A stretch of DNA of 64,000 bases from an uncultured Candidatus Saccharibacteria bacterium. Its GTDB lineage: Bacteria > Patescibacteriota > Minisyncoccia > Phycocordibacterales > XYD1-FULL-46-19. The translations under genes and the position numbers were made by a program. Positions within the stretch are counted from its first letter, which is position 1. Each line of letters opens with the position of its first letter. Below are positions 18,836 to 27,452 of the stretch, piece by piece. The notes under the pieces were generated by a model. It ran no database searches. It saw only the letters and a list, made by a program, of their open reading frames with translations, and was not told the origin of the DNA. Location: assembly GCA_964655995.1 (NCBI GenBank), contig CAZZPK010000003.1:22960-86959 (forward strand). The letters are read 5' to 3'.

Positions 18836-19315
18836 ATGTTCATTATTTTTGATTGGCTGAGGCTCGAGCTTGATTTAATCAACGCGGAGGAGATTGCTCG
18901 TTATGCCCCAAATGAGCCGGTCCGGGAGGATGATGTCCTTTTGTTGACTATCAAAGAGGATGAGCAGCTTAAAAAGTTGTTTGTCCTCTCGCAACAGCTC
19001 ATTGAGCTACTACCCGCGCCGCCTCTGGTCCGCGGTCAGCTGACTGTCGAGGAGATCAAGTTGATCAGTCGGCTTAGTTATCGCATCGCCTTTGTCGATG
19101 AGTTGATGAAGGCCGAGATCTGCGATCGGTTGTCTGGTGATCAGCTGGTCAACTTCCAGCAATACGCTGGCTTTGAGATCAAGGCTGGCTGGCAAGTGGT
19201 GGCGATGCCAGAGCCGGAGCAAGTCCCGGCGCCGGCGATCAGGCAAGAAATTCCCATTCGGCGCTCGCCCGACAGAGTTTTGGCCGATCGTCTTATCGAC
19301 CCCGTGTACCACTAA
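18836..19315 (+). CDS. hypothetical protein, paralog of the 17099..17611 gene
   Basis: 159 aa; ribosome-binding site gggggg; shares its motif order with the 17099 product. Confidence 0.5.
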   Translation: MFIIFDWLRLELDLINAEEIARYAPNEPVREDDVLLLTIKEDEQLKKLFVLSQQLIELLPAPPLVRGQLTVEEIKLISRLSYRIAFVDELMKAEICDRLSGDQLVNFQQYAGFEIKAGWQVVAMPEPEQVPAPAIRQEIPIRRSPDRVLADRLIDPVYH

Positions 19316-19391
19316 TGTCAAGGCGAGACATGGTAATCAAAGGAAATAAGAGATAAGGCGCCCGTGTCCCACGGGCGCCGTTTTTATTTTA

Positions 19392-19922
19392 TTAAAACCG
19401 CCAAGTTTTTTCTGTCTGCCAAATTTTATCGGCCAATCGGAACAAAGTTAAATTATCAAAATTAAGCTCAAAATGTGGCGGCGGTAAGGTTTGTAAATAG
19501 TTCCAAATAGCCGCTGATTGTTCCGAGGTCAAATGTCGGGCAATCGAGGCGTGTAATCTAAAATTATCCGGCAGAGGCTTTTTCTTTTCGCCAAAGTCTT
19601 TAATTTGGTCTATTATTTTTAAAATTTTATTATTCAATCCGTCGTCTTTTCTAACGTTTAAATAAATCGTTTTGCTGTCTAGTCCATAGCGATCAAAACC
19701 ATCAATATCTATAGGTAAAGAGGTTTGGCTGGAAGCAATATCACCCAGAGTTTTTTTAAAAGGATTTATGTTGTCGCTTTCAAACGGTGGCTTAAAAGTA
19801 AAGTGAGGCGGTATCCGTAAAGATAAATTAGCAATTCCAAACCGTGCCGCTAGGTCGGTAGTGATCTGTTGGTAATACTTTGCCGCCTCACCCTCAATTA
19901 AATACCCCACAAAATAGATCAT
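19392..19922 (-). CDS. thpR: 2H phosphoesterase (LigT/ThpR, RNA 2',3'-cyclic phosphodiesterase)
   Basis: Two H-x-T/S-x motifs (HFTFK and HASIARH); the start at 19922 (MIYFVGY) avoids overlap with the tRNA. Confidence 0.65.
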   Translation of the reverse strand: MIYFVGYLIEGEAAKYYQQITTDLAARFGIANLSLRIPPHFTFKPPFESDNINPFKKTLGDIASSQTSLPIDIDGFDRYGLDSKTIYLNVRKDDGLNNKILKIIDQIKDFGEKKKPLPDNFRLHASIARHLTSEQSAAIWNYLQTLPPPHFELNFDNLTLFRLADKIWQTEKTWRF

Positions 19923-19926
19923 AAGT

Positions 19927-20000
19927 TGGCTGCCGGTCAGGGACTCGAACCCCAATACCATCCTCCAGAGGGATGTGTCCTACCATTAGACGAACCGGCA
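19927..20000 (-). tRNA. tRNA-Gln (anticodon CUG)
   Basis: The reverse complement reads TGCCGGTTCGTCTAATGGTAGGAC...cTCTGga...GGTTCGAGTCCCTGACCGGCAGCCA, with a U1:A72 pair. Confidence 0.8.
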
Positions 20001-20141
20001 ATACCCTTAGACTATGCCATAAAATACTCAAGATTCCAAACTGTTATTTAGTTTATAATATGTCCATGGAACCATTCGCCCGAATCGTAGATGGGAAATA
20101 GGGGGGTGGCGTTTTGGCTCAAAGTGCTATAATAAGGGTAT

Positions 20142-21032
20142 ATGAAAAACGCCATTATTTTTATTGTCATTATTTTAATTATTGCCGGCGGGGCTTACTG
20201 GCTCTGGACTAATCAGGCGGCCGCTCCGGCGCCGGTAGAGCCGGGGGCAGGGGCTACCACCACGCCACCGGTAGTAGAGGACAAGACCAAGACGGTCATC
20301 GGTCAGTCGGTGGAGGGGAGGGACATTGTGGCTTACCACTTTGGCGAGGGGGCGGATCGCATCCTCTTTGTGGGCGGTATACACGGTGGCTACTCGTGGA
20401 ATACACCTCTCCTCGCTTACGAGCTGATGGATTATTTAAAAGCTAATCCTAGCGCCGTACCCAGCAATATTACGGTAACGGTGATCCCGGTGCTTAACCC
20501 CGATGGTCTCACTAAAGTGGTGGGTACCACGACCAAGTTTGCCGCCGCCGATGTGGCTAAAAGCAAAGAGACGCAGGTGGCTGGCCGCTTTAACGCTAAC
20601 GAGGTGGACTTAAATCGCAACTTTGACTGCGAGTGGCAACCGGAGGCCACTTGGCAGAGTAAAAAGGTGAGTGGCGGTAGCGCCGCCTTCTCCGAGCCGG
20701 AGAGCCGCGCCGTTAAAAATTATATCGAGGCTAATAAGCCCAAGGCCGCCGTGGTGTGGTACAGCGCGGCTGGCGGCGTCTTTGCCTCCAATTGTCGCAA
20801 TGGCGATGGGGTAATGCCCGAGACTTTGGCCCTCACTAACACCTACGCCAAAGCGGCCGGCTACAAGGCCTATGAGAGCTTTGACTTTTACGAGACGACG
20901 GGTGACATGGTCAATTGGCTCGCTAAAAATAATATCCCGGCGATCAGCGTCCTCCTCACTAACTACAGCGCTACCGAGTGGAGTAAAAATAAAGCGGGCA
21001 TTGAGTCGATCCTAAAATACTACGCTAAATAA
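20142..21032 (+). CDS. M14 zinc-carboxypeptidase-like protein, probably catalytically inactive
   Basis: Signal/TM N-terminus and the DLNRNF motif. The HxxE glutamate is replaced (HGGYSW), the second His ligand is Tyr (VVWYSAAG) and the catalytic Glu is Leu (ISVLLTN). Confidence 0.6.
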   Translation: MKNAIIFIVIILIIAGGAYWLWTNQAAAPAPVEPGAGATTTPPVVEDKTKTVIGQSVEGRDIVAYHFGEGADRILFVGGIHGGYSWNTPLLAYELMDYLKANPSAVPSNITVTVIPVLNPDGLTKVVGTTTKFAAADVAKSKETQVAGRFNANEVDLNRNFDCEWQPEATWQSKKVSGGSAAFSEPESRAVKNYIEANKPKAAVVWYSAAGGVFASNCRNGDGVMPETLALTNTYAKAAGYKAYESFDFYETTGDMVNWLAKNNIPAISVLLTNYSATEWSKNKAGIESILKYYAK

Positions 21033-21907
21033 TGTGGTCGTTACGTCAGCTCCTGATCGGTGCGCTCGCGGTGCTCATTTTGGCCGGCGGGGGCATTGGC
21101 GCGCTTAAGTGGTACCGGTCGCGCCAGGCGGCCGTTTTGCCGCCGGCTCCGGCCGTCGCCACCTCCACCAAGCAAGTTATCGGCTACTCGGTGCAAGGGC
21201 GAGCGATTGAGAGTTACACCTTTGGCACCGGCGCGACCAATCTTTTGTTTGTTGGCGGTGTGCACGGCGGCTATGAGTGGAATAGTGTTTTACTTGCCTA
21301 CGCGGTAATTGATTATTTAAACGCGAGCCCCGGCGTGGTGCCGGCTAATGTGAGCGTAACGGTGGTGCCTAATTTAAATCCCGACGGCGTCTACAAGGTG
21401 GTGGGTAAAGAGGGGCGCTTTGCGGCCGGCGACGTACCGGCCGACAAGGTCGTCCGCGCCGCCGGCCGCTTTAACTCCCGCGCCGTCGACCTAAACCGCA
21501 ACTTTGACTGCAAGTGGCAGGCCACCAGCACCTGGCAGGGGCGCGAGGTGAGCGCGGGCACGGCCGCCTTCTCCGAGCCCGAGGCGGCGGCCCTGCGCAA
21601 TTTGGTTTTAAAAATCAAGCCTAAAGCGGCTGTCTTTTGGCACTCGCAGGCCGGCGCCGTCTACGCCTCGGAGTGCGAGCAGGGGATACTGCCCGCCACT
21701 TTAACCTTAATGAGCACTTACGCCCAAGCCGCCGACTACCCGGCCGTTAAAACCTTTGACGCTTACGCTATCACCGGCGACGCCGAGGGCTGGCTGGCCT
21801 CCCTCGGCATCCCGGCCATCACGGTGGAATTTAAAACCCACGACTCTCCCGACCTCCCCCAAAACCTCGCTGGCGTTAAGGCTGTCCTTAACCTCTATCG
21901 CCCTTAA
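21032..21907 (+). CDS. M14 zinc carboxypeptidase-like protein with an intact catalytic set
   Basis: HGGYEW, FWHSQAG, DLNRNF and ITVEFKTH (catalytic-Glu position) line up with carboxypeptidase A landmarks. Confidence 0.65.
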   Translation: MWSLRQLLIGALAVLILAGGGIGALKWYRSRQAAVLPPAPAVATSTKQVIGYSVQGRAIESYTFGTGATNLLFVGGVHGGYEWNSVLLAYAVIDYLNASPGVVPANVSVTVVPNLNPDGVYKVVGKEGRFAAGDVPADKVVRAAGRFNSRAVDLNRNFDCKWQATSTWQGREVSAGTAAFSEPEAAALRNLVLKIKPKAAVFWHSQAGAVYASECEQGILPATLTLMSTYAQAADYPAVKTFDAYAITGDAEGWLASLGIPAITVEFKTHDSPDLPQNLAGVKAVLNLYRP

Positions 21908-21999
21908 GAAAAATTTTGTTTTATGGTTAGATCAGGATACTTGTTTTTTAACTTAAAAAGTCTATTATCTGAGTAGTTGTATAAAAAATTAGTATTAAT

Positions 22000-22575
22000 A
22001 TGATAAAACAAGAGTCAAGTGAGAGATGGTGGTATCGGTTAATTAAGGTCATTTTTATAACAATGATCCTTTTTTCCTTACTAATTCCAGCTATAATTTT
22101 TCTTGAAAGTAAACCAGTTCTTGATAGATATGAAAGTCGCTTTAGTTTAAAGTGTGCTGACGGTAGGTTCCGAGGTGATTTTGATGGTTCTGATTTGGCG
22201 TACTATGATCTTAAATCTTTTGATAATTCTTATTACAATAAAGATAAATTTACCAATCTAGATAGAATGGCAAAGATTGCTTGCCATTATCAAGAAACTG
22301 GCGATGAATTAAAACCAATTGTAGAGTCAGAAAGTACTTTTGTCCCAACGGAAAAAAATTATGAGATTTTCTTGAGAAAACCATCTTATAGTAATTCGTG
22401 GGTAGAAACAATTAGCTACACAGTCTTAGCGTTTTTAGGGGTAATTCTATTTTTTAGCTTATTAAGAGCAATTTTCCTTTACATTATTTTTGGTGAAAAT
22501 TTTGGCAAAAATCTAGTATTTATATTTTGTTTATTTAAAAGTAAAAGAAAAATCATTGTTGAAAAACAAAAATAG
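22000..22575 (+). CDS. hypothetical two-TM membrane protein (AT-rich island)
   Basis: 191 aa with hydrophobic helices near both ends; about 30% GC. Confidence 0.45.
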   Translation: MIKQESSERWWYRLIKVIFITMILFSLLIPAIIFLESKPVLDRYESRFSLKCADGRFRGDFDGSDLAYYDLKSFDNSYYNKDKFTNLDRMAKIACHYQETGDELKPIVESESTFVPTEKNYEIFLRKPSYSNSWVETISYTVLAFLGVILFFSLLRAIFLYIIFGENFGKNLVFIFCLFKSKRKIIVEKQK

Positions 22576-22608
22576 GTATAAAAATAATAAATTAACTTAA
22601 AAGCTAAT

Positions 22609-22788
22609 ATGAATAAAGAATTTAGAGAAATAATAACAGGGTTAATAATTTTCGGTATAGTAATTCTATTAGCGTGGTTCTTGTTTGGTAGAGATATAGA
22701 ACCAGATTTATCTTCTAATTATAGTGGTTCATTAGAAGATCAATATTATGAGGGTGAAGGGTCTGGTCATCCGCTTTGGAATAATTAG
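22609..22788 (+). CDS. small single-TM protein (absent from the supplied ORF track)
   Basis: MNKEFREIITGLIIFGIVILLAWFLFG..., 59 aa, inside the AT-rich island. Confidence 0.3.
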   Translation: MNKEFREIITGLIIFGIVILLAWFLFGRDIEPDLSSNYSGSLEDQYYEGEGSGHPLWNN

Positions 22789-22836
22789 AGACCTCCGTCA
22801 AGGCGAGGCCTTGGCGCTGGTACGGTATGAACTTCT

Positions 22837-23592
22837 ATGATGAATATTGGAAGAAATGATCTGTGCCTATGTGGAAGTAATAAAAAATTCAAAAAGTGCT
22901 ATGGTGCAGTAAATAGTACTTGTTCCATTTTCTTGAAAGAACAGTGTCAAAAATTCATAAACGAGCACAACGAAAGAGAAAAATTTGTTTTTAGGTTTTT
23001 TAATGAGGTTCTTGAAGATACAAATGTAATTCTTCTCAAGAATAAAGAAGGAGATGACAAACTTCCTTTGCGGGTACAAATGATCATTGCCTTCAGTTTG
23101 ATAGATGTTCTTGGCAGTTATTGGTATGAGTATTTAGGTAAAACAGGAAAGACGAGCGAAAGAGCTCAAAAATGGTACGAACAGTTCTGTTTGAACGATA
23201 AAAATCCTAATCTGCTAACCCCTCAAGACTGGTCAAGAATTTCTAGTGATAGGTTATATCAATTTAGGAATTCACTCGTTCATTTCTTTGGTCTTTCAGA
23301 AAAAAGCGATGGGATTTACTTTGCATTAGCACCTAATAACCTTCCTGACGATAAACACAAGGATTGGCAAAAGCAGTTTAGTAAGAAAGGTGATGAGTCT
23401 TTTATCATCAAACCAGCTAACTTTTACGACCTAATCAGAGAAGGAGCGGTTTTGATGCTTAATGAGTGGTCGGAAGTTATCAAAAATGCTCAAACCAGCC
23501 CAGAGCATGAAAAAAGTCATATTGAGGGGATCGAGAGGATTTTTAACAAGATAAACAAAGAGGGTGCAGTCAAAGTAATGCAGGAAAAATGA
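22837..23592 (+). CDS. SEC-C motif protein with an uncharacterised C-terminal domain
   Basis: The N-terminal GRNDLCLCGSNKKFKKCYG matches the SecA C-terminal metal-binding (SEC-C) motif; the remaining roughly 220 aa are unrecognised; low GC. Confidence 0.55.
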   Translation: MMNIGRNDLCLCGSNKKFKKCYGAVNSTCSIFLKEQCQKFINEHNEREKFVFRFFNEVLEDTNVILLKNKEGDDKLPLRVQMIIAFSLIDVLGSYWYEYLGKTGKTSERAQKWYEQFCLNDKNPNLLTPQDWSRISSDRLYQFRNSLVHFFGLSEKSDGIYFALAPNNLPDDKHKDWQKQFSKKGDESFIIKPANFYDLIREGAVLMLNEWSEVIKNAQTSPEHEKSHIEGIERIFNKINKEGAVKVMQEK

Positions 23593-23709
23593 GAACCTTT
23601 GGTGGGGTGAGACCTTGAGTCTTTGAGGGACTATTTGGGAGGAGGGGAGGGTGGGGAGTTTTGGTATAATTGGGAGATGAGGTGACTGGAGGGGTGGTAA
23701 GATAGGGAT

Positions 23710-24525
23710 ATGACTAAAAATAAGATAATAATCCTAATGGTTTTGGTTGGGGTCGCCGTGGCGGTTGGGGTGGCGTTTTATACGGGCTACTTTTCTTACT
23801 CCACGACCTACTCATACACCGATGGCCTAGGTGAGAGTTGTAATGTTTTAGCTCTATCACTAAATGGCTACTTAACTACTTACTCGTCGGCCGAGGAGGC
23901 TGAGGCTACGGAGGTGGAGACAGCCTCGGAGGATATTGTTTACAGTATAGAGCAGGCCGATAAGGACGAGGAGATAAGGGGCGTGCTCTTGTTGGTGGAC
24001 TCGGATGGTGGTTCCGGTGTAGCGGGTGAGGAGATCGCCAATGCTTTAAAAAGATTAAGTAAACCTAATGTGGCGGTAATACGGGGCTCAGGTCTCTCGG
24101 CGGCCTACTGGGCAGCCACGGGGGCCGACAGGGTGTTTGCCTCCAGCCTCTCGGATGTGGGCAGTATTGGGGTAACATCCTCTTATCTTGATGAATCTCA
24201 GGTTAAACAAAAAGAGGGTTATCGTTTTATTGAGTTAGCCTCTGGTAAATACAAAGATGTGTGGAATCCGGAAAAGCCGATCACTGAGGAGGATAAGGCG
24301 ATAATCATGGAAGGTATTTTAAAGATGCACGACATTTTTGTTAAGCAGGTGGCGACTAATCGTAATTTAGATCTGGAGGAGGTTAAAAAGTTGGCCAATG
24401 GTTTAAGTTACATCGGCGAGGATGCTTTAAAGCTCGGTTTGATCGATGAGATCGGCGATATGTCCACCGCCACTAAATACTTAGAGAGTCAGATCGGCGA
24501 GGAGGCGGAGATCTGCTGGCAATAA
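23710..24525 (+). CDS. sppA: signal peptide peptidase SppA (S49, short 36K type)
   Basis: N-terminal TM plus a ClpP/crotonase-like core (VLLLVDSDGGSG...GSGLSAAYWAA). Confidence 0.7.
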   Translation: MTKNKIIILMVLVGVAVAVGVAFYTGYFSYSTTYSYTDGLGESCNVLALSLNGYLTTYSSAEEAEATEVETASEDIVYSIEQADKDEEIRGVLLLVDSDGGSGVAGEEIANALKRLSKPNVAVIRGSGLSAAYWAATGADRVFASSLSDVGSIGVTSSYLDESQVKQKEGYRFIELASGKYKDVWNPEKPITEEDKAIIMEGILKMHDIFVKQVATNRNLDLEEVKKLANGLSYIGEDALKLGLIDEIGDMSTATKYLESQIGEEAEICWQ

Positions 24526-24609
24526 TTATCTGTTATGGAACCATTCGCGCGAATGGTAGAAGGGGATTTGGTTTATTGGGATATTGGGGTTATTCTGTAA
24601 TTAAAATTT

Positions 24610-25359
24610 ATGTCCGAGTATTATAACCCCAACAGAGGCGAGGCGTGGAATTATGGCGGCAAAAATTGGAAGTTGAGCCGGTCTAAGATCGACCTGTTTT
24701 TGGAGTGCCCGCGCTGTTTTTATCTGGATAACAAGTTGGGAGTTAAGCGGGTGCCGGGATTCCCTTTCTCTATCAACAGCGCGGTGGATTATCTGTTAAA
24801 ACAGGAGTTTGACTCATACCGGGTAAAAAACGAGCAACACCCGCTACAAAAGGAGTATGGCATCGATGCGCGGCCGATGTCGCACGCCGAGCTCGACGAG
24901 TGGCGGAGAAATTTTGGCGGCATTAAGTACCAGCACGAGCCGACCGGACTTTTGGTCACTGGGGCCATTGATGACCTGTGGATCAACGGCCGGGGCGAGT
25001 ATATCGTGGTTGATTACAAGGCCACCGCCAAAGATGAGGCTGTAAAAGCGTTAGATAAAGAGTGGCAGGACGGCTACAAGCGGCAGATGGAGGTTTATCA
25101 ATGGCTCTTGCGCCAAAACGGGCTAAAGGTCTCTAACACCGGCTACTTTGTTTACTGCACCGGCAAAATGGACCGGCAGGCCTTTGATAAGCGCATTGAT
25201 TTTGACGTTAATTTGATAGAGCACCAGGGCGATGACTCCTGGGTCGAAAAAACGTTGTTTGAAATTAAAAAATGTTTGGCGAGCGACGCTATACCCGCCA
25301 CGGGCGAGCAGTGCGACTGGTGCGCCTATTGGCGCGCGCGCCGGCAGTTTGAGGATTAA
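24610..25359 (+). CDS. Cas4-like PD-(D/E)XK nuclease with a four-Cys cluster (DUF83-like), standalone
   Basis: The N-terminal IDLFLECPRCFYL resembles the Cas4 N-terminus; the catalytic core is IDDLW...VVDYK and the C-terminus has CDWC. Confidence 0.55.
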   Translation: MSEYYNPNRGEAWNYGGKNWKLSRSKIDLFLECPRCFYLDNKLGVKRVPGFPFSINSAVDYLLKQEFDSYRVKNEQHPLQKEYGIDARPMSHAELDEWRRNFGGIKYQHEPTGLLVTGAIDDLWINGRGEYIVVDYKATAKDEAVKALDKEWQDGYKRQMEVYQWLLRQNGLKVSNTGYFVYCTGKMDRQAFDKRIDFDVNLIEHQGDDSWVEKTLFEIKKCLASDAIPATGEQCDWCAYWRARRQFED

Positions 25360-25376
25360 AGCTATTATTTTTTAAT

Positions 25377-26537
25377 TTAGTGAGCGGCAAAGACCATTTG
25401 GGAGATGCCGAGAGCGGTGCCGTCAAAGGGTTGCTGGAGGGTAAAGTTTAGCTCCGGATTGGCCGCTTGTTGGGCGGCGAGGAGGGTGGGCGCTTGGGTG
25501 ATGCCGCCGTCTAAGATAATTTTAGCGGGCGGCGGCGTTAATTTGTTTAACACTTGGCCAGCGGCCGCTGTCATCTCGCTTACCACCTCGTCGAGCGGCT
25601 CGTGCCCCGCCAAAAGTGCGTCAATACGCGCGGCGTATGTGCCCACTTTAGCCTCGAGGGCGTAAATGGGCCCGGCCGGCGCCGCCGCCAGCGTGGTAAA
25701 AAAGCCGTCTTGCAGTTTAAACTCCGCGCCCAACTCGCTCATGATAAAAGTGCCGGTGCCGTAAGTGATTTTGGCGGCGGCGCCAGCCTCACGTGCGGCG
25801 TAAAAGCTCGCTTGTTGATCGCCACACACGGCCAAGAGCGGTAAAGGCCAGCCCAGCACTTTAGCGTCGAGGGTGCCAAAGAGGGCAAGCGAGTGTTTAA
25901 CCTCGGGCAGTAAAGGCGCCGGTATCCGCCACATTTTTAAAAGCTCCTCATCCCAAGTTTTGGTTTTAATGTTAAAGAGGAGAGTACGCGAGGCATTGGT
26001 GTAGTCGGTGAGATGCGGCCGGCCCTCAAGTAAATTCCACAGCAACCAGGTGTCGATAGTGCCGGCGAGTAATTGGCTGGTGTCGGCTGGAGCGGCATGA
26101 GCCAGGATCCAAGCGATTTTAGAGGCCGAAAAGTAGCTATCGAGCGTTAACCCCGTTTTTTCTCTAACTAATTGGCTGTAGGTGGGCGCGAGTGTGGCAC
26201 ACTCATCTTTGGTGCGGCTGTCCTCCCACACAATGGCAGGGTAAATCGGCTGGCCACTAATTTTACTCCACACCACTACCGTCTCGCGCTGATTAGTGAG
26301 GCCGAGGCCGGCACAATTTTCCGTCGTGAGGCCGGCCGCCGCCACCACCTCGCGCAGAGCCTCCGTGGCGGCGGTTAAGATGTCGTTTGCGTCTTGCTCC
26401 ACCTGCACGCCAGCGGCCGAAATTTTTTTAGCGATAGTGCGCGCGCTCTTGGCCACGATCTCGCCGCTTGCTTTAAACACCAGCGCTTTAATGCCGGTGG
26501 TGCCGGCGTCGAGCACCAAGGCTAATTTGTTACTCAT
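25377..26537 (-). CDS. FGGY-family carbohydrate kinase (short, glycerol kinase-like)
   Basis: The LALVLDAGTTGIKALVF N-terminus is the FGGY actin-fold ATPase signature; start taken at 26537. Confidence 0.65.
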   Translation of the reverse strand: MSNKLALVLDAGTTGIKALVFKASGEIVAKSARTIAKKISAAGVQVEQDANDILTAATEALREVVAAAGLTTENCAGLGLTNQRETVVVWSKISGQPIYPAIVWEDSRTKDECATLAPTYSQLVREKTGLTLDSYFSASKIAWILAHAAPADTSQLLAGTIDTWLLWNLLEGRPHLTDYTNASRTLLFNIKTKTWDEELLKMWRIPAPLLPEVKHSLALFGTLDAKVLGWPLPLLAVCGDQQASFYAAREAGAAAKITYGTGTFIMSELGAEFKLQDGFFTTLAAAPAGPIYALEAKVGTYAARIDALLAGHEPLDEVVSEMTAAAGQVLNKLTPPPAKIILDGGITQAPTLLAAQQAANPELNFTLQQPFDGTALGISQMVFAAH

Positions 26538-27408
26538 GGTAAAGCGTCTCGATAAGCGAGCGCGGGTCGGCGCCGGCGGTAATAATTTGTTGCAGGGCGG
26601 TAAAGAGGGGGAGGCTCGCCGTTTGGTCGTCCAAGCGCGCGTGCAAATATTTAATCGCGTGCACACCCTCGGAGACGGGTGGAGTCTCGCCGCGGGCGAG
26701 AGCCAAGCCCACTTGGCGATTTAGCGAGCCGGGGCTTAAACCGGTGGCCAGCAAGTCGCCCAAGCCCGGCAAGTCGTAGGCGAGGAGGGTGGGCGCTTGC
26801 TCGAGCTCTAAAATCTTAACCATTTCTTTAAGAGCGGCGGTAGTAAAAACGGCTTGAGTATTGGTGCCGGCCTCTAAACCGGCCAGGAGCCCAAAGCCGA
26901 TAGCGTAGATATTTTTTAAAGCCGAGAGGAGGGCGAGCGCTTTAATCTCGCTGGTGGTGGTGAGTTTAATTTTGGTTTGATCTAAAACAGCGCTAATTAA
27001 ATCGGCCGAGGCGCCGGGGCCGGCCGCCACTAGGGCGGCGGTGTGGCGGCCGGCCAAAATCTCCTCGGCAATCATCGGCCCGGCCAAGAGGGCCCAGGGA
27101 CGGCCGGGCAAAACCTCGGCTAAAATCTCGGGCACTAATTTATTACTCCCTTGCTCTAAGCCTTTGGTTAAAGCCACCACTATGGCCTCCGGTTTAAGGT
27201 GAGGCAGGTACTCGCTTAAAGCGGCCCGGATAAACTGGGAGGGCACACCCACAAACACTACTAGGGCTCCCGCCAGCTCGGCCGGCTCCGCCAGGGTAGA
27301 GCGGCTAGCCTCTTTATCTAAAATGCCGATTAAACTGCCGGGGACTAACAAGGCTTTAATTGCCTGCCCAATCTCACCTCCGCCGATTATGGCTACTTGA
27401 GGACTCAT
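26530..27408 (-). CDS. gpsA: NAD(P)H-dependent glycerol-3-phosphate dehydrogenase
   Basis: VAIIGGGEIGQAIA Rossmann motif and the GpsA layout. Confidence 0.8.
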   Translation of the reverse strand: MSPQVAIIGGGEIGQAIKALLVPGSLIGILDKEASRSTLAEPAELAGALVVFVGVPSQFIRAALSEYLPHLKPEAIVVALTKGLEQGSNKLVPEILAEVLPGRPWALLAGPMIAEEILAGRHTAALVAAGPGASADLISAVLDQTKIKLTTTSEIKALALLSALKNIYAIGFGLLAGLEAGTNTQAVFTTAALKEMVKILELEQAPTLLAYDLPGLGDLLATGLSPGSLNRQVGLALARGETPPVSEGVHAIKYLHARLDDQTASLPLFTALQQIITAGADPRSLIETLYHE

Positions 27409-27452
27409 TTATCAACATCATAACATAGCCCCTCATGGTAGAATATGGGTAT

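Noticed and set aside
19923-19961. ORF-track start of the ligT-like gene at 19961
   Set aside because: It would overlap the 3' end of tRNA-Gln (19927..20000). The internal Met at 19922 (MIYFVGY) gives a non-overlapping gene.
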